A DNA stretch of 64,000 bases from Eledone cirrhosa (Eukaryota): contig OZ024741.1 in assembly GCA_964016885.1 (NCBI GenBank), forward strand, positions 190,278,001 to 190,342,000, given 5' to 3'. The notes beneath the pieces are model-generated. The model had not been told where the DNA came from and searched no databases. It saw nothing but the letters and a program-made list of their open reading frames with translations. This document shows positions 52,973 to 64,000 of this stretch, piece by piece. Each line of letters opens with the position of its first letter. Positions within the stretch are counted from its first letter, which is position 1. Made by a program: the position numbers and the translations under genes.

Positions 52973-55100
52973 TTAGCTGTATACTTTATGGAATGTTCTG
53001 TGGAATTTATGCAAGCAGAGAGAAAATAAGTCAGTGCGTCTATTTATTATAGAATCTAAATTAGATATAATGGTAAATTTCTCACATAAACAAAGATTAC
53101 ATGTTCTGGATAGGGAGGTATTCAAGTAGGGAGAGGCAGAACAAACTTTCCTCCAAGAGATGTTATAGTTAATATTTTTGTCTTTCAAGGACCATATGAG
53201 TTCTGAGAGTGCTGTGTTGGTTCTTTTAAGTTGATATTTAAAAGAAGAATTGATTATAAAGACGGGCTTTAAAGGAGGTGGAAATGGAGCCAAAATAGGT
53301 AAAGGAATTGGTGTTAGTTATAACTTTACATTCAGAGATTAAGTTTTTTTCATGACAATGGTTGTTGAGAGGACATTTATTTTTAACAGGGCAATTACAA
53401 TTGCGATTAGAGAAATTAACAGAGTTATTAACAAGTGACCTACTGTTATCTATAGGAGGAATTGGATTGGAGAAGTTATTTACGATAGGAATAATAGTTT
53501 CCTGATTTAGATTGGTATTAAGAACATTTGACGAAGTTACGTTTGACATCATATTTGGGTTTGCAGAAACTAGCCTAGAGTTAACAATGACGTTGGGAGT
53601 ACTACTGCTATTATTATGACATTCAGTGTTGGAAGGAAGTGATTTAGTATTTAATATTTTATTGTTGTGTTTAGAGATAATGTTGGAGATGTTGGAGGAG
53701 GTAGAATAGGAAAATTTTATTGTATGTTTGTTAAATATTTTACTATAGATATGCGAGGGAGGGAAGCATTTATTTAAGGCATTAAAGAATAATTTAGGAA
53801 TCATCATCATCTTCGTTTAACATTATTATTAATAGAAATGGAGAAAGAAGCATTATACCAGATTATATTTTTGTATCTAGGTCTTTTATCAAAGTTATTG
53901 GAATGATCATAATTAATTATTTTACTGTAAGATCTTCTAGGATTGGTTTCTTTACTGTATTTGATTTTATCAGGATAACCGGCTTTAGAAAGTGCGTTAT
54001 TATAGTAATTGGCGTTAGCATCAAAGATTAGATGATAGGTTTGATATTCTTTTTCCAATATTACTAACTATAGCATTTTTAATGTTAGTGGGGTGGTTAG
54101 ATTTAAAATTAACATAATTTAAATTCTCATTGTTTTTATGGTAAGGGTAATATAAGCCAGTGTCAAGATTAAGGGATATATCCAAGAAGTTAGCTAGTTT
54201 GACATTGTTATCAAATTCAATTTGTAAGTTATGTTGGTTAAAGAGATCACGTATATTGTTCTTAATAATATTAAGGTTAACTATGTTGCAATTTAAGATA
54301 GTAAAAAGTCCATCGTCCTGATAAATTCCACCGCGAAGTTGAGGAATTTTCCGATTCAAAGAGTTCAAAATAAAGATACCAATTAAATCAGTCAATTGGG
54401 ATGAATCGGATGCACCCATTGTAATGTCAAAGTTGTTGGAGGTATCAGCTCTAGTCCAGTATTCATTGTTGAATTCTAAGATGGTTTTACGTGCGGTGAG
54501 AATGATGTGAAGTTCATCTGTTGTGATGTCTGAATATTTATAAGCGAAAGATAGAGCATTGTTGAGAAGTGAGGGCGAAATAGAAGAATAGTAGCTGGCA
54601 ATATCAAATTGAATAAATTTTGTTTGTTTTTCTTATTCAAGTTGTTGAATCAGCCAATCACTTCAGATGTACCAAACCATAAATTTAAGTTAGAAGTAGA
54701 GCAATTAGAACGAACCTGTGGGATAATTCTATCCAAGATGGCTTTGCTAACAACCCCCAGATCTGATTTAGAGGGGGCGATTAGTCTAACAGGTAGTTCT
54801 GTATGAAAGTTGTTTTTGTGATCCTTGAGATTTATCCTCGGAGTTCTTGGGAGGAATGGTTCGGTCTTTTTTTCGATGCCAAGTTTTGACATAATCTCAG
54901 AAGCTTCAAAGTTTATGGATTCTAAATTATCATGGTTACTTTTGCGATATTTCTTCCTTAGTTCTTTAAGGATAAGGTTATTATAGTTATCCTTAGATAT
55001 ACCATATAAATTATTTGTTTTGTCGGAGTGGACTAAAACATTTTTTGAGGAATTGAGGCTTAAGATCATATTCTTGATATTTACAAGGTGCTCTTGTCCT
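52973..55100 (-). mobile_element. Penelope-like retroelement RT + GIY-YIG, degenerate
   Basis: SDKTNNLY, KDHK.NF..ELPVRLIAPSKSDLG, FDITMGASD, GIYQDD, NFLDISL, CNCPVKNKCPL, CNLCLCEK. Confidence 0.92.
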
Positions 55101-55265
55101 CTGTAAGGGTTTCTCCATGTTTTTGAAATGCGCATAATAAAATACATGGAACTCTTTTAACCATCTTTCGATCTTATATTATTTATACTCCAGTCCTAAA
55201 AACTATAGAGTGCTACTTATCCGATATCTGCATTGCTTTATTGTACTACAATAAAACTCACCTCC

Positions 55266-55308
<43 letters not shown>

Positions 55309-55934
55309 AATCTTCTTTCCCCTCATACATTGTTTATAGGCCTTACATGGTCCCCCCCCCCCCCCCTCCACAAATATAAAATAAACTTTGTTAGAGTACT
55401 GAACCAGAATTTATCAAACCTTACTGCCGAATTGTTGATTTGAGAAATGTAATGTATGCGGTTCATTTTCTTGTCATCTCTCCATGTTCATAGTCCATTT
55501 ACCTATCAGTATTTAAGCTGTTATTATTTGTTATATGTTCGTTTAACTTAGAATCTAATCTTTTCAATAATATGGATAAAGCTGTCTGACCTTTCTAAAA
55601 AAATAACCCCCCTCCCCAACCATTGCTATTTGGTCCAATCATAATTCAGCGGTTTATAGTATGTTTCTCTTACCAATCTATCACAAAGCCACCGGCTCGG
55701 CTATTACTCCTAAAGTTTAGACCTGGTTGCTTTTCGATATGCTAAATGGACTACAGAATTTGGAGAGTCTGAACAATCTGAACACTCAATGACAACGTGA
55801 AAGATAAAGATAAATTCATCTCCCGCTGCCAGACGAGAATGCAAGGACTCCTCTTTATTTCAGACATGGTTGGCCAACATAATTCCATCTCCCACACCCC
55901 TCCAACCCATCCCTTCGACCCACCCAACGAAATC

Positions 55935-58900
55935 CAAAACTTCAGAGTTGGTACCATGAATGTAGCACTTTAAAAGGTCGCTCAAATGAGGTTGTAGAAA
56001 TGTTTGAATGTAAGGAAGTTGATGTTTGTTGTGTTCAAGAGACTAGGTGGAGGGGTGGGTCTGCTAGATTAAAAACGATGCTATAAATTTTTCTGTGGGA
56101 AATGACAATGAACTGGGTGGAGTAGGAATTATGTTAGCAGAAAAATGGGTAGATATGGTAATTGCCGTAAATAGAGTGAACTACAGAATAATTAAAATAA
56201 GACTAAATAGAACTACTGTGACAATAATATCCACTTATGCACCCCAATCTGGCCTACCTGACGTTTTGAGACGCGAATGCTCACTACCTCCCAAATAACC
56301 GACAGTGACTGCATAATTATTGCTGGCGACCTAAATGGTCATGTTGGACAACTTTGTGATGGCTATGGGTTTGGTACTAGAAACGAGGAAGGTTTCAGAA
56401 TCCTGGAATTCTGTGACGCTAATAACCTAACTATCTGTAACATAAACTTCCCCCTTTGTATTTGTCCCCCTGTGGCTAATAAAGAAACATATCTAACACA
56501 AACTAAAAAAAACGAGACAATCACTTGATCACTTATCGATCAGGGGAACACGCCAGTCAGATAGATTATATCCTTACCAGAAGACATGACAGAGTGTCTG
56601 TTGTAAACAATAAATCCCTCCCCCATGAAGAATGCACCTCCCAACATAGCCTCATAGTTAGTGACCTCATAGTCAGGACTAGACGTACTCGACGACAGAG
56701 GAGGACTTCCCTGAGGAGAAGAATATGGAAGTTAAATGACCCACAGCCAGTAACAGATTTAAAAGCAAATTACTTTATGCTTTTGACAGTAAGGAAGAGC
56801 AATTAGAGATGTACAATATAGAGGAACAGTGGAATTCTTGAAAGTTAATTGCTGAAGGCAACAGATGAAATCTGTGGCTGGAGCAGACCTATAGGCAGGA
56901 GGAGAGTAACTTGGTGGTGGAACAGTAAGGTGGAGGAGACAATCAAGGCCAAAAAGCAGGCTTGGAAAGTATGGCAGGATGGGGGAAGTAGAGAACACTA
57001 TCAAGTGGCCAAGAGAGAAGCTAGGAGACAAGTGTACTTTGCAAGAAGGGAAGCAGAGGATGGAAAGTTCAAGCATGTTTTACAACACGAGGACCAAAAA
57101 CATGAGGTGTTCAGGATTGCAAGACAATGTGTCAAGGAAAACCGTGATATTGTCGGGGAGAAGTGTGTCCATAATGATGATGGTGTATTTGGCCTCACTG
57201 ATACTGATAAGAAGGTAGCTTGGAAGTGTCACTACGAGGGACTATTAAATGAGGAGAATAAATGGGAAAAAGATAGTCTGCCCAAAATTGATCCAATAGA
57301 GGGACAAGTTAAAGGTAGTATAATAAGTAAGGCAATCAAAGATATGAAGACAGGCAAGGCAGCTGGGCCTTCGGAGATAGTTGCTGAGATGTTGAAAGCA
57401 TCTAGAATAATGGGACATACTATGGTCACCCGGATAGTAAACCAAGTAAGACAGAATGGGGCCATACCAAATGACTAGCGTAGCAGCATCATTAACTGCT
57501 ACAAGGGTAAAGGAGGTGCTCTAGATAGGGGAAACTATAGAGGCATTAAGTTAGGTGACCAGGTCACGAAGGTCACAGAAAGAGTTATAGCACAACTAAT
57601 CAGAGATCGAATTGATCTAGATGAAATGCAGTTTGGGTTTGTGTCAGGTAAAAGTACCACATACGCTCTTTTCCTTGTACAACTACAGAAGAAGTACCTA
57701 GCTAAAAGTAAACCCCCCTACTTAGCTTTTGTTGACTTGGAGAAAGTTTTGACAGAGTCCAGTCCCCCGCTCCATTATCTGGTGGGCTCTTAGAAAACTA
57801 GGTGTAGATGAATGGCTTGTGAGAGCTATACAAGCCATGTATAAAGAAACAGTCAGCAAGGTTAGAATTAACAATGAATATAGTGAAGAATTTAGCACAA
57901 AAGTTCATCAAGGCTCTGTCCTTAATCCCCTCCTATTTATTATTGCCCTTCAGGTTATAACAGAGGAGTTTAAAACCAGCTGCTCATGGGAACTTCTACA
58001 CACAGCTGATTCTATGGCTGAACTAGAGAAGAAATTCCAAACATGGAAGCATGGCCTAGAATGAAAAGGCCCTAAAGTTAACTTGTCTAAGACTAAAGTT
58101 TTAGTATGTAGAAAGGAAAATAGGGCACAGGTGCCCTCTGGGAAATGGCCATGCTCAGTGTGTAGGAAAGGAGTAGGTAGAAATCCCATTTTATGTCCCA
58201 AATGCAAACTATGGGTACATAACAGATCTAATGGGATCAAAAATAAGCTATCTAAGAGCATAGATTTTATATGTGGCCGATGCTCAGGTGCAATAAGTAA
58301 CATGTGCCCACAGGATACTAGCTCCTTCTTTTGCCCAGATGGTTCTATAGAAATAGTGGACACTTTCTGTTACCTGGGTGACAAAATCAGCAGCGGTGGA
58401 GGGTGCTCTGAAAGTACAGTAGCTAGAGTCAGAACGGGATGGAAAAAGTTCAGAGAGCTTATACCACTATTGGCCACAAAAGGTTTCTCTCTAAAAATGA
58501 AAGGCAGATTGTATGATGCCTGCATACGAACAGCAATGTTACATGAAAGTGAGACATGGGCATTGGGTGCAGAGGACCTGGAAAAGAACGAAGCATGCAT
58601 GCTCTGTTGGATGTGTAATAGTAATATACGTGAACGGCAAAGCATAAATGAACTAAGTGAGAAATTAGGAATAAGAGGGTTCAGATGTTGTTTACTTGAG
58701 AGAAGACTACGTTGGTATGGTCACATGATGCGCATGAAAGAGACAGCTGTATAAAAAAGTGCAGGGTGATCAAAATTGATGGAAGTTACGATTTGATAAA
58801 TTCCGACCTTACACACTTGCACCTCTCTAAGACAATGACTCAAGACCAAGATCTTTGGCGCCACACAGTAATACAGAAGACCCACCTTGCCTACGTACAA
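55935..58900 (+). mobile_element. RTE-clade LINE (APE endonuclease - RT - PHD-like Cys cluster), degenerate
   Basis: RVGTMNV, CCVQETRW, GDLNGHVG, SQIDYIL, KAAGPS, YKGKG..L.RGNYRGI, AFVDLEK, HQGSVL.PLLF, YLG, ETW, RLRWYGH. Confidence 0.93.
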
Positions 58901-60717
58901 AGCGAAACCTAGTTAGTAGGTACCTTCTAACCAAATATATGCCCCCCCCCCCCACTTTCTCTGCAAAGTTATGTTGGTACCACAGCATCCAGTCCAAAAT
59001 AAATGAGGTCGTGTAGGTGTCATGACAAAAAAACACCAGTCCACGCTGTAATGTAGCTGTGTAGGTAACACAGTAAAAAGCTCCCAGTCGACACTGTAAA
59101 TGTGGTTAGTGTTAGGAAGGGCATCAAGCCGTAGAAAACCTGCCAGATAGTCCTATATGAGCGATACACGATCGCTCGAACAATCTTGCCTCAAGTGGGA
59201 CAATTCCCGTCTAACCCATGCTAGCATGGAAGATAGATCAAACGATGATGATGATGATGATATATGCACCTAGAAAGTTCCCCCCTCCCAGGCACAAGTC
59301 CGGGCAAGGTTATTTGTTGAAGACCAGCAGCCGCCCATGCATACCAGTCTCCTCTCTCCATGCCACCGCTATTGTCCAAGAGGTTGATACAGCTTGGCAC
59401 CAGTGATGTTGCAACTCATTTCTACAGCTGAGTAAATTGGAGCAACGTGAAATAAAGTGTCTTGCATCACCCGGTCCGAGAACTGAACTCACAACCTCAC
59501 GATTGTAAGCCTGACACTCTAATCACCAAACTATGTGCCTTTATAGAGTGTATATATGTATATATACACGTACTATCTAACACATGCTAGCATGGAAGAT
59601 GGACGTTAAACGATGATGATGATGATGATGATGACAAACATAAATTTTGATTTATGTAAAAATTTTTATCAAAAATGTTGCATGTAAAATGAAAACAAAT
59701 GATTCTGAAAAGCCCAGAATTAACATATTGGAAAAATATACATTTTTAGCACCTCTTGTTTGAAAATAGCTTGGATGTTCGGTGACCAATGGAAGGAATT
59801 ATATAAAAAGATAAATGATTATCAATTCTTCTATCCTTTCTTCTCTACATTGAATTAGTAATTTTGCCATATTTTTTTTTACTATAGAAAATAGTCTATG
59901 AATAAAGCTTATCAAGTGAAAAAATAAATTCTGACACTCAAGCATAGTAAATAGACATTAAATGGTGATGATATATATATATCATCATCATTGTTTAAAG
60001 TCCATTTTCTTTGCTAGCATGGGTTAGACAAGTTGCCCCATTGTCAGACAAGTCAGATCAGATGACTGTCTTGCTCAAAACAGTTGAATTCAGAAATGGG
60101 AGAATTTGAAATGCGTGCATTACAATGCAAACGATTACTATAAATATATTTATAGTGATCAACTATTATTATGGTCATTTGCACTGGGACAGAAACATAC
60201 ACACGTAATATATATACAAACATACAGACACACACTAAATATTGCAAATATAGATATTAAAGTTTAGGATAAGAGGCTGGAAATGACCATCTTTGCCCTA
60301 TGTACTGTACATGCACTTTTTTGATGAGTTGTGGTGCACCTGGGCACTGTACACAATATTTCATTATTGTTATTGTTATTATATCATGACTCGTACACTG
60401 TTCATTTTCCTGACATTTGTACATTATTCTATGTACTATACATGCACCTTTGATGAGTTGTAGTGCACCTGAGCACTGTACACAATAATTTCATTATTAT
60501 TTTTTATTATCTTAACAAGACATCTGAGCTATTTAACCCTTTAGTATTTAAACTGGCTGTATCTGGCCAGAATTCTCTCACCTCTTTCTGTTCAAACTGA
60601 CTGTAACCTGCCACTCATGTTGATGTTAAGTTATTGTTCTCAAAATAAATAATATCAAAATCTGATAGATTGAATATAATGTGAGATATTATGTGAGGTA
60701 AAGCCTTTATCGTGAAA

Positions 60718-62997
60718 CAGGGTGGTGGGCCGTTTGGGAGCAAGGTTGCGTTAGGGGGGCGTTTGGTGCTTTGGAGGGCGCTGGAAGGCAATTTTACTTT
60801 GGTAAGTTTTATAAGCCATATTTGTATGTCTTTCAGACAGCCAGTGTGAATGCATTTAAATGACCATGCAGACAGCATAACTATAGTCTGTGCAGGCGTG
60901 TCTAGATATTAACCGGCAATTGAGATCCTAAGAATGGAAAAACCTCCAGTCAACTGGGTCAGGGACACTATCTTTCCTTCACGATAACAATGTATTTCAT
61001 GTTTGAAATTATTCACTCAACCGTAACGAGTTAACACTATGTAGATCTGTTTTATTCCCTATTGTATAAATAATATTACAAATAAAAAAAAGAAAAGAAA
61101 AAACTCAGAAGCGGGTAGCACACATAATCAGGTAATTCAAACATCTAGGACCTCATACAACACATAATCAGGTAATACATACAGCTGGGACCACATGCAA
61201 TACATAAGCAGGTAATACATACATCTAGGACCACATACAACACACAGGCAGGTAATACATACATCTAGGACCACATACAAAACACATTTTATCATGTGCT
61301 ACAGACGACGCAAGAGCAATGGTTGGCCAACATAAGGGTTTCGCCACTCTTCTGAAGAGAGAAAATCTATCTGTATTTGCTATTCATTGTGTCATTCATC
61401 GACAACACTTGGCTGCGAAGAAACTCAGCAAGCCGCTGAGCAAGTCCTTGCAGGTGGCCATTGATGTCATCAATTTCATTCCCTCAATAAACAAATTTTC
61501 CGGCAACTGTGCCAAGATAATGATGAAGAATTCGTCAAGTTGCTCCTTCATAATGAAGTGAGGTGGCTTTCAAAGGGAAAGTGCTTTACTCACTTCTTTG
61601 AACTCTTCGATTCTATCATTGAGTTTCTGCGAGGACGCAACATAGAACTGTACAAGAAAACCCTCGATGTGAAGCAAGACTGAGCCTACCTCACCGACAT
61701 CTTCGACAAATGCAATAGCATCATTTTGGCTTTGCAGGGGAAGAAGATCACTTAGCTTAAAGCAAGGAATGCTGTGAAAACATTCCTGGCCAAATTGAAT
61801 GTCATCGAAAGGAATCTTTGTTGACGGGAATTCTATAATTTTCCTAGTGTCGCCAATGTTCAAAACATTGTAAGCGATGACCAACTCCAAATTTATACCA
61901 CTCACCTCCATGCGCTACAAGACAACATGAGAGAATGGTTTGTCAACCTTTTGCCGATGGACATTCCAATGTGGATAGCAGATCACTTCATAGTTAACGT
62001 CGACAATTTGGATGTTAAATTTCAGGAAGAATTCATTGAACTTCAAGCAAATGACACGATGAAAATTAGATTTCCCAAAATAGGTGAACCCCTTTTTGGA
62101 ATGCAAGAGGAAATTCAGCGTCGATTTCCACACCTACATGCAGAGGCTAAGAGATTTGCTCTGCTTTTTCCAAGCTCATACTTAGTTGAGAGGAGGTTTG
62201 ATGCTGTTTCCAGACTGCACAGTAAGTCTCTCAACCGCTACAATGTAATTACACGTGGAGATCTCTGGCTACATCTTAGGAAAATTCAGCCTCACGTCAA
62301 AGAGTTAGCTAGACTCCATGAAGCTCAAGGGTCCCATTGAAATGAGGTCAAAGTTAAAGTAAGTTGATTTATCCGAAAACTTGGATATGCTATTGTTACA
62401 AAGCAAACTAACAATTTTTTTATTTGTAGTTGCAGTCTGACTGGACTGGAAACCATCTACTACAATTCACTTACTCATTTGTTGTATATATTTTACCATT
62501 TACTAATAAATATGCTCTCCCGCATGGTCATGAAAACCCTCTTCCTTGGTCTCTAAGCTCACAAAGCAGAGGGGACATCAAGTTAGATATCAACATTTAT
62601 TCTGTCCGTTTCATTAAAGGGAAAATTGGAAAGCTTTGAAATGATATAATTGCCACTTTCTTCCAGATAAGAGCACACTTGGGATAGACAGAGTTGCTCT
62701 TGTATAAATGTTCAAAATAGCTGGTAACGCCTGGTGGGAATATAACAAATTCAACTGATCCTTTTTCAAAAAAAGAACATTTATGTTCCTTTTTTTGAAA
62801 TTTATATATTTCCTTTCAAGGAATGTATTTATACTCTCAGCTGCCTGCAATGGTATCGTTGGAATATTGTTAATTTTTCAGTAATTTACTGATATCAAAA
62901 TCAGTAGTTTATTGAAAAATGGAAAAAAAGGGGGGTGGGTTTCGTGATTTCGAGGGACCAAAGAGGGCGTTTGGCCTAAATGGGTTGAGAACCTGTG
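60718..62997 (+). mobile_element. Buster/Charlie-type hAT transposon relic (transposase ~61293-62340) nested in a TTAA MITE; ~40-bp tandem repeats at 61120-61280
   Basis: TDDARAMVG, IHCVIHRQHL, EVRWLS, FPSSYLVE, RGDL..L.KIQP, QGSH*. Right TIR GGTTGAGAACCTGTG followed by ATGTAGAG (NNNTANNN target). Confidence 0.88.
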
Positions 62998-63539
62998 ATG
63001 TAGAGTAATGTAAATGCTATAGGGTTAAGCAAACCATGATTTCTTCAAAAGTGATAAAGAGAGAGATGAGGAAGAGACGAAGAAGGAAGAGGATGATGAT
63101 GATAAGAAAAAATGAGCTGGAGTTGACAGTTGTTAGCAACAACTGAGGTATTTTTCTTTCACCAATCTAGCTCAGTGGGGTAGCACCCAGTTAAGCAAGC
63201 ATCACAATATCCACGTTTACCATCCTCTTCATTGAAAATAGCACCTTTTTTGACAGCTAAATGAAGCCCATAAACAGAGAGATATTCTAAGCTGTTGGCA
63301 CCTGTTAATAAAGAAAAAAAAAAAAGAAAAAAAAAAATGACAAAAATAGACTAAACAATTTTATATCTACATATGGTCACTATTTGACTGTATTTTGTAC
63401 TACTATGAAGGAGTGATGTTAGAGCTGTGAAATCTTGCTTGCATTAATTTCAACTCTTCTTATTAATAACTGCATTGTTTCTTTTTAGGAAAACTGACAT
63501 CTGATTGTGCAAACAAAACTTCAAAAGTAATTAGTAGTA

Positions 63540-64000
63540 ACTTCTCTTGAAAATAAAAAAAATTTGGCATTGTAGTGTTATCAAGTGCCTGCAGAAAAAG
63601 GGTTTAACTCCCAAGAATATTCATTCTGACATGGTTGCTATATTAGGGGATGATGCTCCAGCTTTATAATCAGTGCAAAAGTGGGTAGCTGAATTTAGGA
63701 GGGGAAGGGAAAGACTTGAAGATGACTTTAGGTCTGGATGTCCTGCAACTGCCACCGAGGAAAACATTGATCATGTTCACAATATGGTGATGGATGACAG
63801 GCGATTGACTATAAATCAAATAGCCAATGCTATCAGCATATCCTGTGTGAGAGTTGAGAATATTCTGCATGATGAACTTGGCATGACAAAAGTGTCTGCT
63901 CGACACCTGATCACCTGATCAAAAGCACACCAGACTAATCACATCATAGGAAAATCTGACATTGTTTGAGGCAGATCCAGTTGGTTTCCTTGAACGTTTC
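63540..64000 (+). mobile_element. Mariner transposase N-terminal relic, running off the window end
   Basis: VIK.LQKKGLTPKNIHSDMV..LGDDAP; KWVAEFRRGRERLEDDFRSGCP..V..MVMDDRRLT..IA. Confidence 0.85.

Overview
Eukaryotic, AT-rich, microsatellite-dense DNA made almost entirely of transposable elements. The SINE types, RTE tails and (TA)n/(CA)n load suggest a cephalopod (Octopus-like) intron or intergenic region, which is an inference. Identifiable elements: three mariner relics and a Tc1 relic; a truncated Gypsy and a young full-length Gypsy (38838-43000, 5-bp TSD, -1 frameshift signal); a CRE-like RT/RLE non-LTR element with an N-terminal PHD finger; at least five Penelope-like (RT/GIY-YIG) pieces, whose terminal repeats carry minimal type I hammerhead ribozymes; one degenerate Rep/Pif1 Helitron plus many non-autonomous Helitrons; RTE and CR1/L2-like LINEs; a Buster-type hAT; TTAA MITEs; and tRNA-derived SINEs. 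No intact host gene is evident, only one or two candidate exons. Most ORF-track entries are microsatellite or antisense artefacts. The most notable signals are the hammerheads, the PHD-bearing CRE-like element, the Gypsy frameshift pseudoknot with a non-canonical PBS, a tail-to-tail Helitron fusion carrying retroelement cargo, and repeated fold-back palindromes. I cannot claim a wholly new system from the sequence alone.
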